In this document: positions 14,422 through 26,735 of the stretch, piece after piece
Layout: every line of letters starts with the position of its first letter
Position numbering within the stretch: the stretch's first letter is position 1
Origin: the human T2T-CHM13v2.0 reference genome, Homo sapiens
Assembly (NCBI RefSeq): GCF_009914755.1
Contig: NC_060947.1
DNA: 64,000 nucleotides
Reading direction: 5' to 3' (one strand)
Notes under the pieces: generated by a model
Databases searched by the model: none
What the model saw: the letters and a program-made list of their open reading frames with translations, nothing else
What the model was told of the DNA's origin: nothing
Translations under genes and position numbers: made by a program

Positions 14422-14738
14422 TGTCTGAATCAGTTTAGACTGCTATAACAAGAATACCATAAACGGAGTGACTTAAACAGCAAACTTTTTATTCTTAGAG
14501 TTTTAGAGGCTCAAGAGTCCAAGATTAAGGTGCCGGCAGATTCCATGTCTGGTGAGAGCCTGTTTCCAGGTTTGCTCATTTGGTGGAGAGAGAGAGATAT
14601 TGAATCTCACTTGTAAGTGCACCAATCTCATCTGAAGCTAATTACTTCCCAAAGGCCCCACCTCCAAATAACATAACATTGGAGATTACGGCTTCAACAT
14701 ATGAATTTTGAGAGAACACTAATATTTATTCCATAGTA
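14422..14738 (-). mobile_element. MLT1-family (ERVL-MaLR) solo LTR
   Basis: gactgctataacaagaataccataaac...gtccaagattaaggtgccggcagattc...ggcttcaacatatgaatttt. Confidence 0.8.
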
Positions 14739-14864
14739 CCACATATAGTTTAAGTCAACTGAGAATGGTGTACAAATGGGAAAGCTCTGGTTTTCCTTGA
14801 ACAAGTACACTTTTTAGACTTTAAGAGTTTACCCATTGGTGAAGGAGAATGTCTGGGACAAAAG

Positions 14865-15658
14865 TTTTTATTATTGTTATTATTACATTTTAAGTTCTAT
14901 GGTACATGCTCACAACGTGCAGGTTTGTTACATATGTATACATGTGCCATGTTGGTGTGCTGCACCCATTAACTTGTCATTTACATTAGGTATATCTCCT
15001 AATGCTATCCCTCCCCCATCCCTCCACCCCACAACAGGGCCCAGTGTGTGATGTTCCCCTTCCTGTGTCCAAGTGTTCTCATTGTTTAATTCCCACCTAT
15101 GAGTGAGAACATGCGGTGTTTGGTTTTTTGTCCTTGCAATAGATTGCTGAGAATGATGGTTTCCAGCTTCATCCATGTCCCGACAAAGGATATGAACTCA
15201 TTGTTTTTTATGGCTGCATAATATTCCATGGTGTATATGTGCCACATTTTCTTAATCCAGTCTATCATTGTTGGACATTTGGGTTGGTTCCAAGTCTTTG
15301 CTATTGTGAATAGTGCTGCAGTAAACATACGTGTGCATGTGTCTTTATAGCAGCATGATTTATAATCCTTTGGGTATATACCCAGCAATGGGATGGCTGG
15401 GTCAAATGGTATTTCTAGTTCTACATCCTTGAGGAATCGCCACACTGTCTTCCACAATGGTTGAACTAGTTTACAGTCCCACCAACAGTGTAAAAGTGTT
15501 CCTATTTCTCCGCATCCTCTCCAGCACCTGTTGTTTCCTGACTTTTTAATGATCGCCATTCTAACTGGTGTGAGATGGTATCTCATGGTGGTTTTGATTT
15601 GCATTTCTCTGATGGTCAGTGATGATGAGCATTTTTTCATGTATCTGTTGGCTGCATA
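14865..15658 (-). mobile_element. Young L1PA 3' end (~790 bp, 5'-truncated) with intact ORF2 C-terminus
   Basis: ORF 15086-15640 gives [53 protein letters not shown]...[10 protein letters not shown], the L1 ORF2p C-terminus. Confidence 0.97.
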
Positions 15659-16307
15659 CCTTCACACTTGTCCCTGCACATCAAAAAATCCCTAGAGAAG
15701 AGGGTTATCAGTGGTTTCAGGGAGAAAGGAAGCTTACCAAATTTTGAAAATTTATTGGAAGACACACTTCCTGATATTAAGTGACTCTCTATTTTCTGGT
15801 TCTGTTTCACATTATGTCCTATATCCTAAAACATCACTGTTTTGTTGAGAATACAAATAACTATACAAATAAATATATATTTTCTATATTTATTTATTCT
15901 GCATTTATAACATTCATGTCATTTAAATAGCTTAAATAAATCCCCTACTAGGTGATTTTTGTCTCTCTCTAAATAAAAATGTTATATTTAAATAGGTTAC
16001 TAAGAAAATTTTCAGTTTTCCTTTCTGAAATAAATAGTTCGTCAACACCACTTTCTGCTGTCATCCCTTGCCACATTCCTTTGACTGTATAAACTGTGAT
16101 CTGCAACTTTAATGACAATAGTATCTATTTTAGTATAAATAAAAATAGGCAATGTCTATCAAGATGCCCCAGGTAACATATATACATTTCATTTAAAGTT
16201 TTTTAAAGGGGGAATTAAAATAAAAAAATATGGATTTGAGTAACCTTTAATTTATATGCATCATCAAATAGTCATTAAGCATGGTGTACAAAGACATCAA
16301 AAGTATA

Positions 16308-16690
16308 ATCCATTCATTTGTAGATGGCCAATTAGGTTGATTCCATATATTTGCTATTGTGAATAGTGCTGCAGCAAACCTGGGTGTGCAGATGTCTCTT
16401 TGATATACTGATTTCATTTCCTTTGCATATATACCCAGTATTGGTATAGCTGGATCATATGGTAGTTTTATTTTTATTTTTTTGAGATCCCTCCATACTG
16501 TTTTCCATAATGGCTGTACTGATTTACATTCCCATCAACAGAGTATTAGAGTATCCCTTTCTCCACATCCTTGCCAGCATTTATTATTAATATTTTGTCT
16601 TTTTGATAATAGCCCTTCTAACTGGGGTGAGGTGATATCTCATTGTAGTTTTTGTCTGCATTTATCTGATGATTAGTGATATTGAGCCAA
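16308..16690 (-). mobile_element. L1MA fragment
   Basis: ccattcatttgtagatgg...tttgctattgtgaatagtgctgca...ctggatcatatggtagt. Confidence 0.85.
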
Positions 16691-16892
16691 AAATGGAAGA
16701 ATGGTTTCTTCAGTAAGTTTAGAAATAAGTCAAACACATGCAATGTTAGGTAGTAATAAAACAACTAACTACTAGTTTAGGACTATAGAAAAGAAAGTCA
16801 CAGCCCAATATATGAATTATTAAATGAATACTATTCTCTGTAAATGCCACAGACATTCATTATGCCCCGAGAAACTAGAACCTTAATAATAT

Positions 16893-17188
16893 TTTCTTTT
16901 TCTTTTTTTTGAGACAGAGTCTCACTCTGTCACCCAGGTGGCAGTGCAGTGGCGTGATCTCAGCTCACTGCAACCTCTGCTGTCTGGGTTCAAGCGGTTC
17001 TCCTGCCTCAGGCTCCTAAGTAGCTGGGTTTACAGGCACCTGCCACTGCACCCGACTAATTTTTGTTTTTTTAGTAGAGACGGGGTTTCACCATCTTGGC
17101 CAGGCTGGTCTTGAACTCCTGAACTGGTGATCTACCCGCCTTGGCCTCCCAAAGTGCTATTACAGGTGTGAGCCACCATGCCTCGCCA
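16893..17188 (-). mobile_element. AluS
   Basis: Full dimer with T-tail and flanking repeat aatattttc. Confidence 0.93.
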
Positions 17189-17199
17189 ATATTTTCATT

Positions 17200-18103
17200 T
17201 TTATTTCAACCATTTCACAAACATTTATTGACATTTTACTATGTGCCAGGGGGTATTCTAGATGCTAAATATACACCAGTAAATAAAAGAGACAAAATTG
17301 CCTGCTCTTATGGAGACTATATTAGTTGGAGGAAATAGGTAATGAGGCTAATAATAAATATGTATATACACATATATAATGTTATGTTTGCATATTAATG
17401 TCTATTACCTATTTATTTAATGTTACATTGTAATAAGTGTTATGGAAATAATAGACCAGAAAAGAGGGATGGTCTGTGTTAGTGGAGACTAAAGACATTC
17501 TATTTAAAATAAGGTGACCATAAAAGGTATCATAGAAGGCAATATTTGTATAGTAGATGAGGGAGCTAACCATGCTGCTGTCTGAGGAAAGATCATTATA
17601 GCCAGAGACAACAGTAAATATAAATACCTTGATTGAGTGTGGCTGAGGCAAAGGGAATGAAAGGGAATGTAGTAGACGATACAATCAGAGAATTAAAGGG
17701 GTCCAGATCATGTAAGACTTTATAGGCTATTTTAAGGATTTAAAATTGAAGCTTCTGAGAAGATAGGAAGCCTCTGGAGATGGAAAGCCACTGAAGGATT
17801 CTGAACAGAAAAGAGATATAACCTGATTTATGTCTCAAAGTATCACTCTAGATACTGGTAAATAACACACTGGAGGGGAGCAGAAACTGAGGCAGAAACA
17901 ATAGTCAAATTACAACTGCAGTAATGTGATGTGAGAGTTGCAGTGCCTTGGATCAGGGTAGCAGCAATGGAAGTGGTAAAAAGTGGCCTGATTCTGGATA
18001 TATTTTGAATGTAGAGACAAAACAGTTTACTGAGGGATTTGTTAGTTCATGTGAGAGGAAAACAGAAGATGAGGTTGGCTCCAAAGTTATTTTATTCTCA
18101 GCA
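17200..18103 (-). mobile_element. L2 (3' part), continued at 23440-23960
   Basis: caaacatttattgacattttactatgtgccagg...ccagatcatgtaagactttataggc...attctggatatattttgaatgtagag. Confidence 0.8.
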
Positions 18104-18109
18104 TTTCAT

Positions 18110-18810
18110 TGCTAGTACCAATATGGAAAGTTTGGCTGCTGGCATGTATATGCAAGCATGCATCCCACTGCCACTGCCCCAATAAAGCACTTTGGCTGGC
18201 ACCAGCCATTAGGTTGTTGCTGCTCATGGACTAGGAACATCTCATCCTCCCAAGTGCAGCAGTTTTCTAACCTTGAGAGGCCAGAAAACAAAGCTGGGAG
18301 TCTGATACCCATCCCCCAGGGTTAGACCACACAGCCCAGAAGTGATTAAGCTGAGCCCTCACCCCCTGAAATCTTCCAGAAATGAAACCAGTTGACTGAA
18401 CCCTACTTACGCCACAATGAACTTCTCAAGGGCATCAAAGAATATAAATACCAAAAAAAAAAAAACCCACCCAAAGGACAGCAACTACAAATATTAAAGA
18501 AACATCAGCCCACACAAATGAGAAAGAAACAGCACCAGAATTCTGGCAACTCAAAAACCCAGAGTGTCTGCTTACCTCAAAACAACCACACTAGTTCCCC
18601 AGAAATAGTTTTAGACCAGGCTGAAATGGCTGAAATGACCAACATAGTATTCAGAATATGGATGGGGATCAAGATTCAGGAGAAAGTCAAAACCCAATCC
18701 AAAGAATCTAAGGAATACAATAAAAATATACAAGAGATGAAATGCAAAATAGCCGTTTTAAGAAGGAACCAGACAGATCTCTTAGAGCTGGAAAATTTAC
18801 AACAATATTT
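18110..18810 (+). mobile_element. L1 (PB/old PA) 5' UTR-ORF1 fragment
   Basis: Translation QMRKKQHQNSGNSKTQSV...AEMAEMTNIVFRIWM...QEKVKTQSKE resembles the N-terminus of old L1 ORF1p. Confidence 0.8.
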
Positions 18811-18879
18811 AACAGCATTGTTACATTTAACAACATTAAATGTAGAGTCCCTACTTCGTGGGCACAAATCAATAAATTC

Positions 18880-19925
18880 AGCCTGATCCAACACTATATT
18901 CCTTCCCACTATCCCACACCCTTAATATTCACTCCCTTGCCTGTTCTCCAGATTTCTGTTTATATAAATTAGAAAACCCAAGCAGTTCTTTTTGAGTGTA
19001 GCACACCTCCTCATGGGTCACACTCTCAACCTCATCCCTAGGTGTCCACCAGGACTTTAGTCTAGTTATAGGTTTAGAAGCAAACAGGCTTGTTGGGGAT
19101 CGCTCCTGAGGAGAATCAACATTATCTTGCCTGGTGCCTGCCTCAGGGGAGGCCATAATTGTTGCCTTAGGCAGTGCAGGGTTTATCTCCTCAAACAAAG
19201 GTAGAAAGGCTGATGGCAGCATGGGTTAGGGAGGGGATGTTGCCACTACTGGGGATGGGGAGGCTGTTTCTTTTGGCAAGAAATGTTCATCAGAGTTTAT
19301 AAACTCAGTGTTTCAGCTTCATCACGGTTCTCCCACGCATCCCCGTTCCAAGTTTCAGGGTCCTATTCTTTTCCAATCAATGCCCTCACTTTATCAGTAG
19401 ACACCTGACAAGGCTGTGCATGCACTTTTCATTGCAGGTCAGCCACTTGCATAATAAGAGCTTGTGTTTGTTTTTCCACAATTTCAGCTCTTTCTCTACA
19501 GGAGCCGAGACTCTCACTCAGGGCGATCTTAGCAGATTTGAGGCTCAGTATCTCCTTCTGAAGCCGGGAGATAGAATCCTTTAGTTCATCATTTTCTTTC
19601 ATCACTTTGTCCACTTAAGAGCAACCAACCAGCTTCATTATGTTCCTTGGTTCTCCATATATGGTCAAAGTATTATGTATAGAGTCACTAAATTCCTTGC
19701 TTCTCACAAGTAGTGAATCAGGAGTGTCAAATGCATTTATTTTGCATAACTTTCTAAACAGTTCACCCCAAGAACTATCAGCATTCTCCATACTATTAAA
19801 AGTAAAATCTTTAGCATTTGGGGGTCTAATCATATTAAGCAGCCAACTGTAGAAACCCCAAAACCAATGAAAGAACTCCATTCTTAATATTCTGTTCCTC
19901 TAGAACCACTCCTGGTACCAAAATC
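18880..19925 (-). mobile_element. ERV-L (HERV-L) internal gag fragment
   Basis: Broken frames FWGFYSWLLNMIRPPNAKD..., DKVMKENDELKDSISRLQK...EKQTQALIMQVADLQ and PITRLKS...EVCYTQKELLGFSNLYKQKSGE resemble ERV-L gag. Leader ctagaaccactcctggtaccaaaatc adjoins an MLT2 LTR end. Confidence 0.85.
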
Positions 19926-19985
19926 TGTACTAGTCAGGGTTCTCTAGAAGGACAGAACTAATGGAATATATATATGGGGATTTTA
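19926..19985 (-). mobile_element. Truncated MLT2 LTR end
   Basis: tgtactagtcagggttctctagaaggacagaactaatggaatatatatatgggg. Confidence 0.75.
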
Positions 19986-19987
19986 TG

Positions 19988-22432
19988 CAGACCCACAGCT
20001 AGTATCACACTGAAAGGGGAAAACATGAAAGCTTTTCTTCTAAGATCTGGAACATGACAAGGATGCCCACTTCACCATTGTTACTCAACATGGTACTGGA
20101 AGTCCTAGCTAGAAAAATCAGACAAAAGAAAGATATAAAGGGCATCCATATTGGAAAGAAATAAGTCAAAGTATCCTTGTTTGCAAATGATATGGTCTTA
20201 TATTTGGAAAATTTTAAAGACTCCACAAGAAAACTATTAGAACTGATAAACAAATTCAGTAAAGTTGCAGTATACAAAGTAAACAAACAAAAAGCAGTAG
20301 CGTTTCTATAGGCTAACAGTGAACAATGTGAAAAAGAAATCAAAAAAGATATCTCATTATCAATATCACAATAGTGACACATAAAATTCAATGCCTAGTA
20401 ATTAACCACAAAAATGAAAGATTTGTATAACGAAAAGTATCAAATGCTGATGAAGAAAATTTAAGAGGACACTAAAAAGTGGGAAAATGTTCTATGTTCA
20501 TGGATTGAAAGAATCAATATTGTTAAAATGTCCATACTACCCAAAGTAATCTATAAATTCAATGCAATCTGTATTAAAATACCAATGACATTGTTCACAA
20601 AATTAGAAAACACAATCCTCAAATTTATATGGAAACACAAAAGACCCAGAATGGCCGAAGTTACAAACCAGTTACTCTCTTTAAGTTACTTTAAAATTTA
20701 CAATTAAGTTTGTAAGAACTTAATTGTAAGCAATTAAGCAAAAAGAACAGAACTGGTGGAATCACATTGCCTGACTTTCAATAATACCACAGAGCTATAG
20801 TGTCCAAAACAGAATGGTACTGGCATAAAAATAGACACATAAACCAATGGAACTGAATAGAAAACCCAGAAACAAATTCACACACCTACAGCCAATTTAT
20901 TTTTGACAAAGTTACCAATAGCATACACTGGGTAAAACACATTCTTTTCAATAAATGGTGTTGGGAAAACTGAATATCCATATGCAGAAGAATGAAATAT
21001 CAGACCAATGTCTCTCACCATACACAAAAATCAGATCAAAATGGATTGAAAGACAGAAATCTAAGACCTCAAACTATGAAACTACTACAGGAGAGCTTTG
21101 GAGAAAATCTCCAGGACATTGTTCTTGGCAAAAATTTCTTGAGCAATACCCCACAACCACAGGCAATCAAAGGAAAAAAAAATGGACAAGTGGGATTATA
21201 TCAAATTAAAAAGCTGCTGCATGGCAAAGAATACAATCAAAAAAGTGAAGCGACATCCCACAGAATGGGAGAAAATATTTGGAAACTACCCATCTGGCAA
21301 GGGATTAATAACCAGAATATATAATAAACTCAAACAACTGTATAGGAAAAAAATCTTATAATCTGATCAAAGAAAGGGCAAAAGATTTGAACAGACATTT
21401 CTCAAAAGAAGACATGCAAATAGCAAACAGACACATGAAAAAGTTCTCAACATCATTGATCATCAGAGAAATGCAAATCAAAACTACAATGAGATAGCTT
21501 CTCACCACAATTAAAATGGCTTATATCCAAAAGATAGGCAATAACAAATGCTGGCAAGTTTGTGAAGAAAAGGGACCCCTCGTAAACTGTTGGTGGGAAT
21601 GTAAATTAGTACAAACACTGTGGAGAACAATTTGGAGATTCCTGAAAATCTAAATTGAGTTACCATATGATCCAGCAGTCCTGCTGCTGGGTATATATCC
21701 AAAAGAAATGAATCCAGTAAATCGAAGAGATAGCTGCACTCCTACGTTTTTTGCAGCACTGTTTACAGTAGCTAAGATTTGTATGTAATCTAAGTATCCA
21801 CCAACAGAAGAATGGATGAAGAAAATGTGGTGCATATACACAATGGATTACTATTCAGCTATGATAAGGAATGAGATCTTGTCATTTGCAACAGCATGGA
21901 TGGAACTGGAATTTATCATTTTAAGTGAAATAAGTCAGACACAGAACAAAAAACTTTCCAACAACATGGATCAAATTGGAGATCATTACCTTAAGTGAAA
22001 TTAGCCAGTCACAGAAAGTCAAACATAGCATATTCTCACTTATTTTGGGGATCTAAAGATCAAAACAATTGAACTCATAGACATACAGAATAGAAAGAAG
22101 GCTACCAGAGGGTGATAAGGGTAGTGGGAGGGTCAGGGGAGGGAGTTGGTGATGGTTAGTGGGTACAAAGTATAGATAGAAAGAATGAATAAGACCTACT
22201 ATTTGATAGCACAACAAGATGACTATTGTCAATAATAACTTAATTGTAAATTTTAAAGTAACTTAAAGAGAGTAACTGGTTTGTAACTCGAAGGGTAAGT
22301 GCTTGAGGGGATGGATACCTCATTCTCCATGATGTGCTTATTTCATTACATACTTTTATTAAATCATCCCATGTACCCCACAAATATATACACCTACAAT
22401 GTACGGATAAAAGATAAAAATTAAAAAAAAAA
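19988..22432 (+). mobile_element. L1MA (MA1-3-like) ORF2 and 3' UTR, ~2.4 kb
   Basis: Continuous sense ORF2 remnants, an L1MA 3' UTR (gaatgaataagacctactatttgatagcacaac) and an A-tail near 22425. Confidence 0.92.
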
Positions 22433-22437
22433 CTAAA

Positions 22438-23435
22438 AAGGAAACAATCTACAAAGTAAACAGACAGCCTACATAATGGGAGAAAATATTTGCAAAGTAT
22501 GCATCTGACAAAAATTTAATATCTAGAATCTATAAGGAATGTAAACAGATTAAGAAACCAAAAACAAACATCCCCAATAAAAGTAAGCAAAGGACCTGAA
22601 CAGACGTCTTTCAAAAGGAGACATACCCACAGACAACATACATATGAAAAAAAAATGCTCAACACCATCAATTATTAGAGAAATGCAAGTCAAAATCACA
22701 ATGAGACACCATCTCACACCAGTCAAAATGGCTATCAATAAAAAATCAAAAATAACAGATGCTGGTGAAGCTGCGGAGAAAAAGGAACACTTATACACTG
22801 CTGGTGGGAATTTAAACTAGTTCAGCCACTGTGGAAAGCAGTTTGGTGATTTCTCAAAGAACTTAAAACAGAATTACCATTCAACCCAACAATCTCATTA
22901 TTGGATATATGGCCAAAGGACTATAAATCAGTCTATCATAAAGACACATGAGTGCATATGTTCCTTGCAGCACTTTCACAATAGCAAAGACATGGAATCG
23001 ACAGAAATGCTCATCAGTGATAGACTGGATAAAGAATATGCAGTAAATATATAGCAGAGAATACTTCACAGCCACAAAAGTAATGAGATCATATTCTTTG
23101 TAGCAACATGGATGGAGCTGGAGGCCATTATCCTAAGCAAACTAATGCAGGAACATAAAACCAAATACTGCATGTTCTCACTAATAAGTTGGAGCTAAAC
23201 CCTGAGTACACAAGGACACAAAGAAGGGAACAGCAGACACCAGTGCCTGCTAGAGGGTGGAGGGTGGGAGGAGAGAGATGATCAAAAAACTACATATCTG
23301 GTATTATGTTTATCTAGTGAGGGGTGAAATCATCTGCACTCCAAACCCCCATGACATGCAATTTACCTGTATACCAAACCTGCACATGTACCCCTGAACC
23401 TAAAATAAAAGGTTTTCAAAAACAAAGAAATAAAA
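22438..23435 (+). mobile_element. L1PB/old L1PA 3' end
   Basis: ORF2 end and 3' UTR ending aaacctgcacatgtacccctgaacctaaaataaaa. Confidence 0.9.
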
Positions 23436-23439
23436 GTCT

Positions 23440-23960
23440 CTAGAAGGAGAATTTAGGTAGGGGAGATGATCATGCAAATTTTGAGGTACTTGTAAGACAT
23501 CCACTGAAGATGTTGCGTAAGCAGTGAAATATACAGTCTGAAATCTAGGAGAGAGGTACAGGCTGGAGGTATAAATTTGGGAATAATAAGCCTATAGATT
23601 GTGTTTAAAGTCATGAAATTGGACAGAATCACCAAAGGAGTGATTAAAAAAGAAAAGAAGCCCAAGGATTTAGCCCTCAGACATTCCAATGTAGGCTTGA
23701 CAGATGAAGAGGAACTTCTGAAGGAAACTGTCAAGGAGGAGTAAATGATGTAGGAAGAAAACTAAGAGAATTGACCTTTGGACTTAGAAATATGAATAAC
23801 TGGCCACCTTTATAAGAATAGGATCTTTGAACAGATGGGACAAAAGCTTAATTGAAGTAAGTTCACAAGAAAGTCAAGTAAGTATAGGCAACTCTTTCTG
23901 GGAGTTTTGCTACAAAATGTAAGAAGAGGAGTGGTGTGGTAGTCGGGCAGCATATGGTCA
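23440..23960 (-). mobile_element. L2 continuation
   Basis: agacatccactgaagatgttg...ggctggaggtataaatttgggaa...gacctttggacttag. Confidence 0.7.
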
Positions 23961-25081
23961 AGAAAAATCATTTTTAATATGTGAAAACCTTAGGAGCATA
24001 ATTCATCAAGTCAACAAGACCACAGGTATAATTGTGGAGATGAAGTTTGAAAAATGGAGAATTCTAAAGGCATTGCTTCCTATATGCTACATATATGCCA
24101 TGTATGTTTCATTTTTGCTTCCCCCCTAAATTACAATTCAAAGAATATTCTTCTCATAAGTTTCAACAAAAGGACAACCTAAGATAACTAGCTCTCAAAC
24201 ATGGCCAGAAACAAGATTTGATGATTCCTATCTCAGAATTCGACAATCATATCACAAGAAGAAACTCTCTATAGGAATATACAGGAATCTATAACGTTAT
24301 ACATGAGAAGCCATGAAGAAAAGAAATTGGAATACTGCTCCTTTCTTCCATAATACTAAATATAGACCATAGTGACCCCCTAACACCACCCCCACTATAT
24401 ATACTCTGAAGAAAGGTTGGAGACAGAAGGCAGAGTGGAAGACAGTCAGATAGATAACCATTTTGCAGTGGGGTGACAGAATTGAAATAAACAAAATGTG
24501 CATCTTGGCACTATTTCCTCTCCCTTCAAACTGGAGCACTGAGAGCAGTACCAGAAGTTCTTGCAATATTAAGTAGTAGAGTGGAGATGCACATGCACTT
24601 ATGACCTAAAGAGCAACCTGCTGCCCATTAGATTATCAGTGCTTGTTAATGATTATATCACAGTTGATACCTGCAACCTGCAGATACCAAGCCACGAGCC
24701 ATATGCCTTTGTGTCATGGTTATCATCACAATAAGGAGACAGCCAAACTATTACTCTAAATGATGAATAAGAAAGTGGATAGAAGCAGCATGTCCAAATT
24801 GGTCTGATGAAAATTCTTACTGATTTTGTCATAAAAGATAAAGAAAATGGTAGCAACTCAAACATTCACAGTAGTGCTGGTTAAATTATTTACAAAGTGC
24901 TTATAAATAATTCTACATAACATTTTTCTGTTAAGATTTTATTTGCCAATTCCAGCATGATAATTTGGCTGCTGGATTGGGAAAATATTTCTAATTTAAT
25001 GAACAGGAGCCATGAACAAATTTAAGATTACTGCAGTAAAAAATATTTTCCTCCAAAAATAATTTTGTTCATCATCATTGC

Positions 25082-25435
25082 TGATATGGTTTGGCTGTGT
25101 CCCCACCCAAATCTCATCTTGAATCCCCATGTATTGTGAGAGTGACCCAGTGGGAGGTAATTGAGCCATCAGGGCAGGTCTTTCTAGTGCTTTTCTCATG
25201 ATAGAGAATAAGTCTCATGAGATCTGATGGTTTTATAAGGGGGAGTCTCCCTGCACAAACTCTCTCTTTGCCTCCTGCCATCCATGTAAGATGTGGCTTG
25301 CTCCTCCTTGCCTTCTGTCATGATTGTGAGGCCTCCCCAGTCATGTGGAACTGTAAGTCCATTAAACCTCTTTCTTTGGTAAATTGCTTACTCTTGGGTA
25401 TGTCTTTATCAGTAGCATGAAAACGGACTAATACA
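25082..25435 (+). mobile_element. THE1 solo LTR (ERVL-MaLR)
   Basis: tgatatggtttggctgtgtccccacccaaatctc...aaaacggactaataca, 354 bp, with a perfect 5-bp TSD ATTGC. Confidence 0.95.
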
Positions 25436-25614
25436 ATTGCCTTTAAAGAGGGATTGAAAAATAAATCTTTAAAAAAATAGCACCAAATTTTAGTGTCAAC
25501 ATAGAAGCATGTTTCTAGAGTTTTAAATGGAAAATAATAATTTTGTGCTGACACTTTTGAGTGAAAATTAAAAGATCCAGTTTACTCTCTCAGGGCTAGA
25601 AAATGAAACAGCAC

Positions 25615-25912
<298 letters not shown>

Positions 25913-26036
25913 GAAAAGAAAATGAGTCAGCACTTATTTTCCAGTGTGAAATAAATGTAGATGCACTGGCCAGAATGTGAAACATAAATAGGGTTTTTTA
26001 CTCCAAAGCACAACACTGTAATGCAACTTGTTATTT

Positions 26037-26735
26037 TGTTAGCTGCAGAAAATCCATATGTGTCTGAGCAACCTCAATTCTTTCCTCCTCCAAAGAAATA
26101 ATTGTACTGAGGAGAATAAGGCAGAGAGAGAGGAGATATCAAAGCAAGTTTTAGAGAAGAAGTGAAAATTTATTAAAAAGTGTTAGAGCAGGAGTAAAAG
26201 GAAGTAAAGTGCACTTGGAAGAGGGCCAAGCGGGCAACTTGAGAGATTCGAGTGCACTACTTGACCTTTTGACTTGGGGTTTTATATGTTAGCATGCTTC
26301 CAGGGTCTGTGTCTTATTGTTCCCTTGCGGTGGGCTGTCTGCATAGGTAGTGGCCTGCTAGCACTTGGGAGGGGCCGCATGCGCAGTTTACTGAAGTTGT
26401 CAGCATGCTTACTTGAGATGTTTTTTCCTTATCAGTCGAGTATTCCTATAGGAAGATCATATACCAGTTAAACTCTGCCATTTTGCTTGCCTCTTAGTGT
26501 GCATGCTTAAGCTTACTCGCCCAGCTCCTGAGATCTCACTGGGAAGCTGCTGATCACCGGCTTCAAGTGTTTTCTATCTATTGGGAGACTGACTTTCCCT
26601 GGTGCTAGCTGCAACCAATTACTATTTTAGAGAGACAGCTTAACAACCACCTGACCACCACTTTATGGTTGCCTGACATTCCTGGTGGGGTGTGGGTCTC
26701 TTGCCTGTTCATTTCCACCTAACTACCTACTCTAA
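26037..26735 (-). mobile_element. ERV1 solo LTR (MER50-like)
   Basis: gcaacctcaattctt...aaagtgcacttggaagagggccaagcgggc...ctaactacctactctaa, ~700 bp. Confidence 0.75.

Noticed and set aside
15086-15640. 184-aa ORF, the longest in the window
   Set aside because: It is the C-terminus of L1 ORF2p in a 5'-truncated copy, not a host gene.
18929-19881. ERV-L gag ORFs as a domesticated gene
   Set aside because: The gag sequence is fragmented by stops and frameshifts and truncated.
21880-22025. Tandem ~70-bp duplication in the L1MA 3' region
   Set aside because: The copies are diverged, and I recall this duplication as a feature of L1MA1-3 consensus 3' ends rather than a locus-specific event.
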